NCBI RefSeq assembly: GCF_036321535.1
Contig: NC_087436.1
Span: 40,426,001-40,490,000 of the forward strand
DNA from: Camelus dromedarius
Lineage: Eukaryota
Direction of reading: 5' to 3'
Length of the DNA: 64,000 bases
In this document: one piece after another, positions 1-12,593 of the stretch
Position numbering within the stretch: the first letter of the stretch is position 1
Layout: every line of letters starts with the position of its first letter
Translations under genes and position numbers: made by a program
The notes under the pieces: generated by a model
The model's database searches: none
What the model saw: only the letters and a program-made list of their open reading frames with translations
What the model was told of the DNA's origin: nothing

Positions 1-799
1 TTTTATTTTACAAAATATTTTACTTTCTACATTACAGAGTCAATCTTTTTAGTGATTATGACAATAGCCTTAAATTCTTGACGTTAGTAAGATTTCCTCA
101 TTATTTAATTTCTGTTTTCCCCAGTACCTAATTTTAAAATATTGAAAGAAATGAACAAATAAACAAATCCTGTTATATAAGGTTTTGCTGAAATTAATAT
201 ACATGTAAAAATTTATAAGACAAAATTATTCACAGATAGTTAAGGCTTAAATTCTCCATTTCTACTATCATTTTTGAAAGCTATTTTTCATCAACTTAAA
301 GACATATAATAGACAGGTTAGTAGTTTTATATGCTTAAGTAAAGCAGTAAAACCAGCAGAATCTATTCCTAGGAATTCTCTTCCATTGGTCCAACAAAAT
401 GCACATTCTGCAATAAGAATTAGAGATGTTAAATTGGTAAAATTATTTTGCAAAAAAAACTTATTTCATTTAGTTTTCCAGATAATTGTTTAAATCACCA
501 CCAAAGCAGATTTACAGATATATAAGCATTTCACAATAAATCATATAATAATTTAAGTACACAAAGAAACAAAGCATCATAAACATATGATAGATGACAG
601 AAAAGACTTTCACACACTAATGTTAACAGATTTTTTGTACTAAACATAACGAATAATACAAGCTTGAACATATTTTCAGGGCATAGGAAAATATAAAATG
701 TGATGTAGCTGACTTGGAGAGAAATAGAAGTTCAAGAAAAAATATATATATATGATGAAGAAAATTTAAACTTAATGAAATAAGCAGCAAAATTGAAAA

Positions 800-1340
800 C
801 ATCTGAAACTGGAGGCGATGTTAGAAAAAAATAAGGCAAAGTAGCACAAGGAAACAGGGGCCATAAAGTCTAGAATGAGAAGGTTTGGTGTGTGCTTAAC
901 TAGAGTTCCAGAAAGGTAGGCAAGAGGAAGCAGAGGCCATACGTTAGAAGCTGGTAGCTGGGAAGTTGCCAGAGCTGTCAAACAACACCAGTCTTTACAT
1001 CCAATGCACTCAGTAAATCTCAGGCACAATTCAGACACACATACACCTACCTAGTAATATCATAGTGTCACTTCAGAGAACTAAATGCAGAGAGATGGTC
1101 TTAAAAATTGCTAGAACAAAGTGAGAAATTAAGAACAGAAAACAGTCTGAGAGGAGATTGGATTCTCCACAGTGATGGTGGTGGTAGAAGCCTGAGTTAC
1201 ATAAACCGCAGTGCTGAGAGAAATTGTCAAGCCAGGGGTCTATATCCAGTAAAAAAAAAAAAAAAAAAAAAGTGCTTCATACATTTAGGTAATCACCTCC
1301 ATTTTCTGAGATACTAAGTATTGTATAATTTCCTGAGAAA
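800..1340 (+). mobile_element. Ancient L1/HAL1-type ORF1 remnant
   Basis: Degenerate ORF1 landmarks in the right order: agaatgagaagg..ctagagttccagaaagg, acacctacctagtaatatcatagtg, gtcttaaaaattgctaga, agtgctgagagaaattgtcaagccaggggtctatatccagtaaaa. No open frame. Boundaries approximate. Confidence 0.55.
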
Positions 1341-2306
1341 TATATGATCACATAGAATGAGGGGTGTGGATGTGTGGGGGTGTGTGTGTTTATGTGTGTG
1401 TTTAAAAACAGAAAACAGAACCAAAGCATCCTGCCTACCATTTCCTCTCTGTGTTCTGGCTACACAGCCATATACTCTCACACTCCCCACCCACCCCCGA
1501 CACATTTATCTAACAGTGTTAGTCAGTCAAAATGAAGTGAAAGATTAAGATACACTATTGGTCTAGCAAACAACAGAATAAGAACTTCCCTCAAAACTAT
1601 AGCCTGAGGTTCAAAGATTCCATTTTTCATGGAAATTACCACTTGGAAGGAATTCAACTTACCTTTTCATGTCTAACCCTGAATGGAATTTCTGAATTTT
1701 CAATTCATCTACAAGGATCATTCCTAAAATAATCTTAATAATTAGAAGAGTGAAGTTTAGTTTCCCAATAACAAATAGTTTGTCTCTTCTCACACTCACT
1801 TCCAATAAACACACACACACACCATACAGTATAGAGACCTTTTTATATGGAACTGTGCCTAGCAGTCCTGGCTTAGCCTAAACTCGTCATGAAGAAGCAG
1901 CTGGCAATTTGACAGGGAGAGGAAAGTTGACAGCTTCTCATCAAATATCAAGCACTGCTGTGTTTCTAATGTCAACCTGGATTTGACATTTAATTTTAAA
2001 AGTATCTTAACATAGGTCTACACACAGTAAAGCAGATAGCAGCTACAAGACTGATTTTGTTCTATTTAATGCTGAAAAAAGCCTCCTGCCCAGCAGGCAG
2101 AATTATTTTAAGGAAAGTATCACCGCTATGCCTCTGGGAATATTGGCAGTACTAAGAATAAAGTATTTTTACTAGTTCAAGGTATTGGATTTAGCTCAGA
2201 AAGAGAAAATAGTGGTGTGTAATAGAAAAAAATGGATTGCTGTAACTATAGAATTTCTGTTGATATGTTTAGTTACCAAATTGGATAAAAGTATACTCCA
2301 TCGGGG

Positions 2307-2307
<1 letters not shown>

Positions 2308-2343
<36 letters not shown>
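2308..2343. repeat. (TG)18 microsatellite
   Basis: Direct reading of the sequence. Confidence 0.98.
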
Positions 2344-2345
<2 letters not shown>

Positions 2346-2850
2346 ATCACTCATGCGGATGCATGTATACACATAAACCACACAGATACCATATAAACAC
2401 TGTCACATTGCATCTTCTAGACTGTTTCTTTTTGAAAAATAAAGGATTTATCCACTCGTGAAAAATACTTAGCAAATAGAGATGACAATATTCTGATTTT
2501 ACAGAAAAACAAGTACATTCTTAATACAACATAATTAGTGATAGAATCCATTTTTTCACCGTATTATCAACCTAATAAAATATTTCAAAATATTTAAATG
2601 TGGCAAGCTCTTAAAAAATAACTTTTGGTAAATAACAGCAGATTTCAGTATATGATTTTCAGTGCATTAGATCATATTAGGAAATGAAAGTTTAACATCC
2701 TTCATTATTCCTTAAACTTCAAATTAATTGGATTATAAAACACTAAGGCTAAATTTAGCACGATCAAATTATTTATGACCCTAAAAAGACTTTGAGTAGG
2801 GATATCTTAGGGCAGTAAATATCAAATCCTGTTTAAAATGCCAGTTCCTC

Positions 2851-3003
2851 GGGGGAGGGTATAGCTCCAGCAATAGAGAGCATGCTTAGCACAAGGTCCT
2901 GGGTTCAATCCCCAGCACCTCCTCTAAAAATAAATAAATAAATAAATAAACAAACAAACACACCTAATTACCTCCCCCCACCCAAAAAATAATAATAATA
3001 AAT
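2851..3003 (+). mobile_element. tRNA-derived SINE, camelid Vic-1-like
   Basis: Head gggggagggtatagctc (A-box-like), B box ggttcaatccc, (TAAA)n, cctaattacctccccc and an A-rich tail. TSD aaaatgccagttcct (2835-2849) / aaaacaccagctcct (3004-3018); the TG vs CA difference fits decay of one ancestral CpG on opposite strands. Confidence 0.85.
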
Positions 3004-3109
3004 AAAACACCAGCTCCTTCCTGTGCTAGTAGTAAACCTCACATTACTGTCTTATCAGGTACAACATTTCTTAGAGCCCTCTCCTTCAATGGTTCCAGAT
3101 CAGTATTTG

Positions 3110-3490
3110 TCAATGAATGGCCCTCACATCTGTTATGAAGAGCAGAGGAAGAGTCATTATATTCTCATGAGATGCTGATGGCCAAATGTGGCCACTACGC
3201 AGACTTCCCTGCAATTTCCAGCTTTCCTGTTTCAAGTTGAGACAGTTGGTAGGATTGTATCCAGACAAGTGAGAGTTGTGGCGTTTTCCCTGCAAACTTT
3301 GAAAAGCCATTTCACTCAGTTGGCCAGGCTGGTATCTTCAGTGACTGTGTCTCCGCCCTTCCAGCTGCAGCCTCATGATCTACATAGTCCCTGCTCTTTC
3401 TACATGTGTGGAAGCCCGAACCCTGTTACAAACTCTTTTGTCTCATAATACTTAGTGTGGTTCTATTTCCTGAAAATTCAGAATGATGAC
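3110..3490 (+). mobile_element. Old ERVL-type solo LTR remnant
   Basis: 3' end ccctgttacaaactcttttgtctcataatacttagtgtggttctatttcctga resembles the poly(A)-signal/U5 end of old ERVL LTRs. Subfamily not assigned. Confidence 0.4.
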
Positions 3491-4019
3491 CTTCACTAAT
3501 AGATACAATGCTTAGACCTTAATGACCTACACTGAAGGTCATGTTACAGACCTGTAACAGTAACGCAAAGTTGCCGTAAAACTCTTAGATATTGACTCTC
3601 TCCATGTGCCATCATATAGCAAGGCTGGCCCATTATCCAAATAAACAACAGTCAAAAAAATCAAAGAGTAACTACCAAAACAGCAAAAAGCCCTCCTTCC
3701 ACGTGGAGGTTAATCACCTAAATTTTATTTTTTAACATCTCTTCTAGATACATTTTTGTTTCCTCTTACATAGAAATATTTGAAGTGGTATTATCCTAAA
3801 AGACAGCATTCATATATATTTTATTGTGAATAATAAACTTAGGGCTGTTTTCCCTACCACAGCATGCCATTCAAATGTGCTTTATTAATTCTACTTCTAT
3901 CAGATTCTAATAACTCTTCAAGCAGAGAATGGTTGTCATCTTTTGGCTGAGACAAGACTTAAAAAATATACGAAGGTCTAACTAATACTCAGAAAATAAG
4001 TATTTTGTCCTTTACCTTC

Positions 4020-4155
4020 TAATGTAAACTGCTTGTGGCCAAAGACCAAGCCCTGTCTATCAACACACACACCTTTTGCCGTCTCAACCACAGGATACAA
4101 CACAGTGCCTTACACACAATTAGGTGCTCTCTAAACGTTTGTAATTAAAATAATG
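4020..4155 (+). mobile_element. L2 3' end fragment
   Basis: tgtaaactgcttgtggccaaagacc...acacagtgccttacacacaattaggtgctctctaaacgtttg follows the L2 terminal consensus pattern. Confidence 0.55.
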
Positions 4156-4499
4156 AAGTTTAAATTCATGTAAGGTGAGAGACAGGGTGGTTGACAGAGC
4201 CATACATCTGGGTGAACCAGAGAAACTATAGTCACATTATACTTACTGCACAGATGTGGTGAGACTGATCCACGGCATGATAAGATTAAGGACAGAATGA
4301 TGAAGATATGCTGTTTTCAGTAGGAGGCAATTCACCTTCTATCACATATACTTGTATAATTTGTGTACACTCATCTGTATAGGAAAAAAAGAAGCCATTA
4401 TATTTTACTTCCTTAAATTTGTCAAAATGATTCTGTATGTTTCATAAAATTTGATGCTTACAATTATTTTACATAGGAGAGATAGCCTCTACTTACATA

Positions 4500-4783
4500 A
4501 TCAAATTCAAACTTCTCATCTATCATGTCCTCTGGGAAACTTGCTTTCCACCTCAAATCAAATTCTTCTGCTCTTTGTGACCTCCTTTTATATTACATCA
4601 ACTTTTACCATAGCAATGTTCACATGTTATTGTATTTATTTCTCTGCTAAACTGCTGTGCTCCTACATCGTGCCTGCCTTGGGGACAGAAAGTGCACACT
4701 GAAAATTTGTACCTGTGCATCACCTAGTATAGTCCCAAGAAAACTGCGTGTTCAATGAGTGAATAAATGTTTTTGAATGAATG
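4500..4783 (+). mobile_element. L2 3' end fragment
   Basis: ...cacctagtatagtccc...gttcaatgagtgaataaatgtttttgaatgaatg, ending in the L2 (TGAA)n tail. Confidence 0.55.
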
Positions 4784-5806
4784 TAAGGAGAAACTTTTTT
4801 TTCCCTATAGGTTTGTACATCCAAAATGATTCTGATTTGAAGGCTTGGATAGAATGTTCTTCATTTATAATCAGTGGGAGAGTGTGAAGGGAGAGGGCAC
4901 AGAAAGGATAACAAAAAATATTTGGCCCATTATATCCAAAGTGAAATAGGCACCATCAGTTTACCTCTGCACGTCCATTTCTGTTTGTCTGCAATTGTCT
5001 CTTTTACATCTAGTAGTAGAGAAGATACTTTTGTTGGAGGAAGAGCTGGAGGAGAAAAAGAGAGAATATAGGGTAAATCATGACCTGTCTATTTCCTTGG
5101 TGGCTCCAGGGAAGAAACCTGAGTGGCTACAACGGATAGAGAAGTGAGAGCCACAGGTTCCCAGGATTGCATACGAAAACTGTGCAAGTCTCTGGCCAGG
5201 AGCCCAGCTGCTTTCATGTTCTGATGACCACATGAGATAGCAGGTTGAGAGGAAACCCTTTTTTTTTCTGCCACCAGGATAAACATTGCATCACTCAGAC
5301 CCTCCAAGGAAGAGAGGCACTCAGAGCATTGGGTGACAGCGATCCTAGTAGGGGTGCTGGCATTTCAGGATGGTAACTGGCAGTGGTCAGGTTTCCATAA
5401 GCAATTGTGTGTGAAGCAGGGTGGCCAAGTGGAAGCTAAGGCAGGATGGGGACTAGGGTAATGCAGCGTGGGGACTACAGCTCATAAATCCACGACTGGG
5501 TGTGTGCGAAAGGCTCCTCTGAGATGCCCAGGAATAAGTACAAGATGCTGTGGAAGGGAGAGCTGTTCTAACACCATTACATAGGTCAGAGCTGTTAAAC
5601 TGAGAGTAAAAGGATTGGCAAGCAATTTTGGGGACCCAACTGAAATTGGAAACTATAAATCTGCCCCACCTGGCAGAGTTATGCGATTTTTCTCTAGGAC
5701 AGCTCAGCAGCTCAGAAGATGGAAAATGTTTGTGATTAGAGAGTTCTAGGTTGAGAGTGTGTTCAGAAGGAAAGCAGGAGAGTAGGGGATTGAAGATAAG
5801 AGTACC

Positions 5807-6064
5807 GGGAGGTGGGAGGAGGAAAGAGGGAGGGGAGGGATAAATTGGGAGTTCGGGATTTGCAGATACTAACTACTATATACAAAATAGATAAATAACA
5901 ATGTCCTAATGTACAGCACAGGGAACTATATTCAATACCTTGTAATGGCTTATAATGAAAAATAATATAAAAGCAATATATATATGAATAAATGAATCAC
6001 TATGCTGCACACTAGAAACTAATACAATATTGTAAACCATATACTTCAATAAAAAAGAAAAAAA
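5807..6064 (+). mobile_element. 5'-truncated L1 3' UTR (cetartiodactyl type)
   Basis: gggataaattgggagttcgggatttgcagatactaactactatata...cagcacagggaactatattcaatacc...tacttcaataaaaaa with an A tail. Degenerate TSD aagataagagtacc / aatggtaagagtgacc. Confidence 0.85.
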
Positions 6065-6439
6065 TGGTAAGAGTGACCAGAAATGACCAAACATGATGAT
6101 GAAGTTCATCGGAAGGTAAAGCCAAGAAGCATCACATGAAAAAAAAAAAAAATACTGAGAAGTTTAAAGACCTAAGTGAGTGAATAAAAATATTTAGTGG
6201 CGATAAGCATTTCTTATCAGAGAGAGGGCTTTAGATGTAGTTCAGTTTACAGGATTGTAAAACCTGCCTTTGGCCTCAAGAATTGTTTATTGAAGCAAAA
6301 CGATGTGAAATCATAGTCATTAAAGATACTAAGAAATTCAGAATGCAATAAAGTTACTCGGGTAATGAAAATTGTGGAAATAGAAACAAAATGAGTGAGC
6401 GATCACATTCTTCTTGGAATGAAGGACGGCAGCCTAATA

Positions 6440-6818
6440 TTTGGAATAGCTATTAAATAAGAAAAGTAACAAAATCTATTCTTTATATCTTCAAATTCAC
6501 TCGTTAAAACAAGAAAGTTCTCTTTTCCATTCACAGCGCAGTGCAAATGAGTATGTGGCAGGGTGGTAGAGGTACCCAGGGTTCGTCCATGCCCTGGGGC
6601 CCTCGGCAAGATCCACCTCATCTGGCTGGGAGGCGAGGGAAGGGGGAGGGGGCGGTTCCACAGACCAACCCAGGAAGCGGTACATTTCAAGTACACTCTC
6701 CATTGGCCAGAACTCGCAAGGCACAAGGCACTTGAAAGAGAGCTGGGAAGTGGAGGTGAGCTGTGTGCATAGAGAGGAGAAATACGAATATTGGAAAACA
6801 CCAGCATTCTCTGTTACA
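6440..6818 (-). mobile_element. MLT1 (J/K/L-like) MaLR solo LTR
   Basis: ctccattggccagaactc...gagagctgggaagtggaggtgagctgtgtgc...ccagcattctctgttaca is the reverse-strand MLT1 signature. Confidence 0.65.
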
Positions 6819-7939
6819 GCAGGCTATGGTGAAAACACTGCCTGCCGTGTAGGAATCTCCAAGAAAACGATTTCACAATGACAAACAGCAACAACAACAA
6901 AGGCTATTGTCCGGAAGGATAGTGTAGATCTAGGAAAATTCTTAGCTTGTTGCCAGACCAGGATTTCACTGGAAAATGTCATGCTCTGAGACTGTTGTTA
7001 GCAGCAAATATTATTCAAACTGAGGGCTCCAGATACAATCTGCCGAAACAATGGGAATAAATGAGGGTTTTACGGGTTGCAGTATCAAAGGGAAGATTTG
7101 TGTTGTGTGATGGAGGATACTCAGAAGAGGGGAGACCAGATGAGGAACTGAGATAAATAGATGAAGGCAGGATTTTCCCCTTTAGCATCGTGGGCTGATA
7201 CAGGAAGGAGAAAGGATGGTCTGACAGGGAAGGAATAGAGAGGCGACATAGGCCAATGATTTCAAACACAACTACAGTGAAATACATTTTTTAACTGCCT
7301 GTGACTATTACTGTAACCAGGTGCCCCACGTGTCAATGGTTATGAAGACAACGAGCAAAGAACTTCTCCCAGGCATCACCATCATTTCTGGTGGTATATT
7401 TCTGTGACAAGGGAATAAAACAATACCTTATTTACCTATTTGCAGAAAATATTTAGATATGATGTATTGTGATGAATCTTGAGATATTAATTTTTATTCT
7501 CTATAATTTTACTTATCATTTCCAACAATCCATGTTTATGGTCTCTTGCTTTATGTTTGACTTTCCTGGAGAACAAAAACATGGGGAGAGTCTAGCCTCA
7601 GAGTACTTAAAATATGGTAGAAATAATCTTGGATATGCGGTTGAGAGCCACAAATGAGAGAGGTGCACACAAGGAAGTATGCGCGTAGCTATGACTAGAA
7701 TAACAGAAATACCACCGAAGTGGATAATACACGTGCACGCTCTTGTACACATGCACACACACACGTGAACTAGAAAGCTTGTTTGGCTTTCCAGGAACTG
7801 CGTGCGTATGTTGTGGGACAGGCAGTAGATACAAAGCAGGAAGAGGAGTGCAGGATAACATGCCTTCCCAATAGCAGACCTTTCTAGGGAAATTCCAAAA
7901 ATTCTAGAGTTTTATATCAATAAGAAAGAGGAAATTCCT

Positions 7940-8760
7940 GAAGAATTGTCAGGGGACAACGCTATAAAAGTTGGTTCCTGCCAGATCATGAAACACCTTT
8001 GGCTCCATGTTAAGGCATTTCAGCCTATAGGAATCCACTGAAGAACTGCGAATGGAGAAATGGCTTTGCCAATACACGTTATGGGAAGATCCCCCTGGCT
8101 GCTGGGTGAAGAGTGGAGAGGAAAATAAGAATGGTCGTGAAATTTGTTAGGAAGGTATTCCAGTTGCTCAGGTAGAACTGCCAAATCCTAAACTAGGGTA
8201 ATGGCCCATGAAAATGAGGGAAGAGAATGCACGTAAGAAATATTGAGAATGTAAATTGTGTAACTCTTTGTGGCTGATTGAAAGTAGAGGATGAGTGAGT
8301 TGAGAGAGACTAAGAGTGATACTGGTTGAGTGAGCCCATTCACGGAGACAAGGGAAAGAGGAGGACAAGATCATATCATAAATACCTTGCTTTGAGATAC
8401 CTATGAGGAGTTGCTTTGTGTGTGATTTGAACTTTAGGTATGGTACTCAACAGAGATGGTTTGGTCAGAGATCCTGCTCTGAGAGTCATCAACATTTACA
8501 TGATACTTAAAGCCATCTTGTGGATGAGGACACCAAGGAAGAGACTTATAACAAGAATAAATTCCAAGTACAAGGATTTAGGAGCAGAAAATGTAAGGGA
8601 TCACTAAAGGAAGACAGTAACGTGAAAAAATAAAATAAATGCAGGAAGAAAATTGGACATTGTAAACTTTCAGAAACAAGAAGGGCGTTTCAAGAAAGAG
8701 GGAATGGTCAAGAATTACAAATAATGGAGAAAGCTTCAGGAGGCAGGGATGTGTTGAATC
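7940..8760 (-). mobile_element. L2 ORF2 internal fragment
   Basis: Purine-rich, with typical antisense L2 motifs: gccagatcatg, gaagatccccctggctgctgggtgaagag, gagagtcatcaacatt, tttcaagaaagagggaatggtcaa. Confidence 0.65.
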
Positions 8761-9229
8761 GACTTTATGAGAAGGGTGACAAAACTGTTCAAACTGCAGA
8801 CGCATCACAGAGGTCAGGGTGATACACTTTTTTTAAAAAGAAGTGCTTCCTCTGTCAACACTTTTTTATAGTAATATCTAAACCAGTAGTGTCCAAAATT
8901 TGATCTCTTTCTTTTGTAAAACATTAAACATACTCCTCATGTATGTATATTGAATGGATAAAGAGCAGAGATACTGCTCCCAAGCTCTGTTAAAAACAAA
9001 CAACAGTTAAACAGTTGCAACAGAAAGTGTGATGAGAGCAGCAGAGAATATCAAGGAGATACTTAATTAAAATTATATCCGGAATCCAAGAATAAAGTAC
9101 AGTAAAAAGTATCAGAGTTCTATGTGAGGGTAATTTATTTATATTATCTGCCTCAATTACTCCCCATAGTTGATTCAATGTTCAGGAAAGATTCAACGAA
9201 GAGATGAAAGTAAGTAATTTTATCATGGA

Positions 9230-10565
9230 TGTAGACTTAGAACAACTGAGCCTTTATGAGGATATGGCTAATATTTCCCTAAAATAGATTACAAGACTGA
9301 CTCCAAGGCAAGCCACTGTGATCATGAGGAATATCTATCCATCCAGAAATTGCTTGAGAGATCCTATTTGGCTAAAACTAAATAATCTAATTCCTTATAT
9401 CACTAAAAGTTTTACTTTTTTTGAGAGTGGCACGTATGACTACAGCAGTGTTCCTAATACTGAATATTAGCACAAAGGTCTTCCAGTAATTATGGAAGTC
9501 ACGGGTTTATTTTAAATTTTAACTTGCTTAATGACAATCGTGTATTTTCTGACGATTAGGATAAGGTCATACTTTCTATAATGTTAATTTAAAACTCTTT
9601 AATTCTAATAGGGAAACTAAAATGTCTCTTTTTGGTGAAAATATTTTTCAAGGAATCTCAAGGAATAAACAAGAAAGACTGGTTGGTGAAAAGGGACTGA
9701 TGGTCACCTGGGGAGAGAGTAATCAAAATCATGGCATCTTCACATTTATGATAGCTATGCAAATGAAGACAGACCATAATTACTCATGGACCCTAGAGTT
9801 TAGGAAAACAGGCTTTAAAAAATTCAAACACAAGTGATTTATTTCATACCTCTGAAATGGACAATATCTCAAGCAGTCTAGATAGCACTAAAATTTTTTA
9901 AAAGTACATCTCTCTGTGTGGTAATATACGACTTTAGTGTGGAAAAAAGAAATGGAGGTGTAATTTAAAAGTTGAGTGCAGCTGCACCTGAGCTCGGAGG
10001 AAATTAAAGGGTGAGAAGATATTTACCCAAGATGCAAATAAGGAACTTAAAGCATATGAAGAATTTCAGAGTAGCACAGAATTTTAAGAATTACATCAGA
10101 AGATCAAAAGCCTCAATAGAGCGGATTTTATTATATGAGCTTTAATAATTACTGATAATTGCAATGCTTGCTTTTTAAATGTATAAAAAAATTAAATGAT
10201 GAAAGAATAGTTGGATCACTGCTTGACGCTGATGGCGTAATGTTTATGGATAATATTGCATTGGCAGAATCCACCAGCTTCTATTTGCTTCAGTTTTTCC
10301 TAGAAAAGAAGATTCTTTGAATTGAAGAGGATATCAGAAGCATTTCTAAGAATGAATTGCAATCTAAGATGAAATAAGTGATTGTAAGATAACTCTGCCT
10401 TCTCTTTATAAATTCAAGTCTCCTGGCTAAGAATAATTACATTTCATTATACCGAAAGTAACGGCAAATTAATTGTTTGACCATGGCAAATAATCACCAA
10501 GCAATGTGAAAAAAAAAAGTAAAAGTTACCAGAACACTGAGAGCAGGCAAATGTGATGATTTTAA
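9230..10565 (+). mobile_element. L3 (CR1) LINE fossil: endonuclease C-terminus and linker of ORF2
   Basis: ORF 9622-9837 (NKQERLVGEKGLMVTWGESNQNHGIFTFMIAMQMKTDHNYSWTLEFRKTGFKKFK) follows the CR1 pattern NKEELV..V.GTLGESDH..LEF.I......TLDFRKADF. Downstream DNA follows GPLL..DG.MLTD, FASVF, EFKSPGPD and PEDWRRANV. Confidence 0.8.
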
Positions 10566-10945
10566 TCTACTCATTTTTATGTTGGTTTAGACATAGATGA
10601 TTAATGATTGATTTAATAAAAGGTGATATAACCACTATCAATTGAAATAGATTCATATTTATAAAATATCCTATTCTTCTTTCCTAATCTTGCTCTATTA
10701 AACAATTGTGGCAATGATATGATCAAAGAAATAGAAAGCAAGATTAACAATTTTTTTGTGTGTACATGTAGCTGATGTTAAGAATATTTTAACAGAAAGA
10801 AAAAACAGTCATTTAAATCTTAAGCTTTCATTCTCTAGCGCTTAGTATCTTCTTCCACCTTACCCTCAAATTAACCCTATAAATTAGATACAGGCACATT
10901 TCATTTAACTGGGCTTCAGTTTATTGTACTTTGCAATAATATATT

Positions 10946-11548
10946 TTCTTCTTTTTTTATTGAGTTATAGTCAGTTTACAATGTTGTGTCAGTTTCTGTT
11001 GTACAGCACAATTTTTCAGTCATACATGAATATACATATATTCATTTTCATATTCCTTTTCACCATGAGTACTACAAGATCTTGTATATATTTCCCTGTG
11101 TTATACAGTATAAACTTGTTTATCTATTCTATGTATACCTGTCAGTATCTACAAATCTCGAACTCCCAGTCTGTCCCTTCCACTCCCCGCTGGCAACCAC
11201 AAGTTTGTATTCTATGTCTATGAGTCTGTTTCTGTTTTATATTTAAATTAATTTACCTTCTTCTCTTATTTTTTTTAGATTCCACATATGAGTAATGTCA
11301 CATGGTATTTTTCTTTCTTTCTGGCTTACTTCACTTAGAATGACATTCTCCAGGAGCATCCATGTTGCTGCAAATGGTGTTATGTTGTCAGTTTTTATGG
11401 CTGAGTAGTATTCCATTGTATAAATATACCACATCTTCTTTATCCAGTCATCTGTTGATGGACATTTAGGCTATTTCTGTGTCCTGGCTATTATAAATAG
11501 TGCTGCTATGAACATTGGGGTGTAGGTGTCTTTTAGAATTAGGGTTCC
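10946..11548 (-). mobile_element. Young 5'-truncated L1 nested in Tigger1
   Basis: T-tract, 3' UTR and ORF2 C-terminus (MWYIYTMEYYSAIK..PFAATWMLLENVILSEVSQ). TSD ttgcaataatatatt (10931-10945) / ttgcaataatgtgtt (11549-11563). Confidence 0.92.
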
Positions 11549-11901
11549 TTGCAATAATGTGTTGTTTTTTTTCCCCCAAATTGAAGGTTGTGGTAACCAA
11601 GTACTGAGCAAGTCTGTTGGGACCATTTTCCAACAAAATGTGCTTACTTCATGTCTCTGCAACACATTTTGGCAATTCTCACAACATTTCAAACTTTTTT
11701 CATTGTTATTATATTTGCTATGATGATCAGTGATTAGTGCTGTTTAGTGTTTGTATTTTAACTGCAGTTGTGGTGGAAATAGCACAAGAACTAGAAGTAA
11801 AAGTAGACACTGAAGATGTGATTGAATTGCTGCAATTTCATGATAAAAGCTTCATGGATGAGGAGTTGCTTCTTATGGATAAGAAAAGAAAGTGGTTTCT
11901 T

Positions 11902-11991
11902 TTTTAAATTTAATTAGTTTTTAAATTTTTTATGGAAGTACAGTCAATTACAATGTGTCAATCTCTGGTGTACAAAAAAAAAAAAAGAAAG
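11902..11991. mobile_element. Tiny inverted L1 3'-end insertion with poly(T) start and poly(A) end
   Basis: Perfect 17-bp direct repeat aaagaaagtggtttctt at 11885-11901 and 11992-12008. The insert matches the antisense L1 3' terminus seen at 18910-18961 and is followed by A13. Confidence 0.8.
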
Positions 11992-12593
11992 AAAGAAAGT
12001 GGTTTCTTGAGGTGGAATCTACTCCTGGTGAAGACGCTTTGACTATTGTTAAAATAACAGCAGAAGATTTAGAAAATAACGTAAACTTGGTTGATAAAGC
12101 AGCAGCAGATTTTGAGAGAACTGACTCCAATTTTGAAAGTTTTACTGTGAGTAAAATGCTATCAAACAGCATTGCATGCTTCAAAGAAATCGTTCATGAA
12201 AGAGTGAGTCAATGCAGTATACTTTGTTGTTGTCTTGTTGTAAGAAATCATTGTGGTATCCCAAACTTCAGCAAGCAACACCCTGACCAGTCAGCAGCCC
12301 TCAACATCAAGGCAAAACCTTCTGCCAGCAGAAGGATTATGACTTGCTGAAGGCTCAGATGATGGTTAGCACTTCTTAGCAATAAAATATGTTTAATTAA
12401 GTATGTACATTGTTTTTTAGACATAATGCTATTGCACACTTACTGGACTACAGTATGAACATAACTTTTATATACACTAGGAAACCAAAAAATTTGTGTG
12501 ACTCACTTTATTGTGATATTCACTTTATTATGGTGATCTGGAGCTGAACTTCCAATGTCCCTGAGTTATGCCTATGTCTCATACCATACATAC

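Larger units (their letters stand above)
10891..12574 (+). mobile_element. Internally deleted Tigger1 (Tc1/mariner, pogo-like) with two nested L1 insertions
   Basis: TA followed by the left end caggcacatttcatttaactgggcttcagtttattg; right end ...aatgtccctgagttatgccta. ORF 11955-12350 gives [63 protein letters not shown], the Tigger1 transposase C-terminus. Confidence 0.92.

Noticed and set aside
2851..2925. Possible tRNA gene
   Set aside because: A and B boxes are present, but there is no complete cloverleaf. The A-rich tail and TSD mark it as a SINE.
5000..5700. GC-richer block that may be an old LTR
   Set aside because: I could not identify termini, a TSD or a family, so it is left unannotated.
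6403..6807. Overlapping ORFs in a GC-rich patch, including a GC-box-like ggggcgg
   Set aside because: They lie within an MLT1 LTR remnant, and the GC content explains the scarcity of stop codons.
7327..7767. Three CACGTG E-boxes
   Set aside because: Two lie in a degenerate (CA)/(TG) tract where this hexamer arises easily; there is no other support.
11955..12350. Possible domesticated Tigger (TIGD-like) gene
   Set aside because: Only the transposase C-terminus remains, its ATG comes from the nested L1 insert, and the DNA-binding and catalytic regions are deleted.
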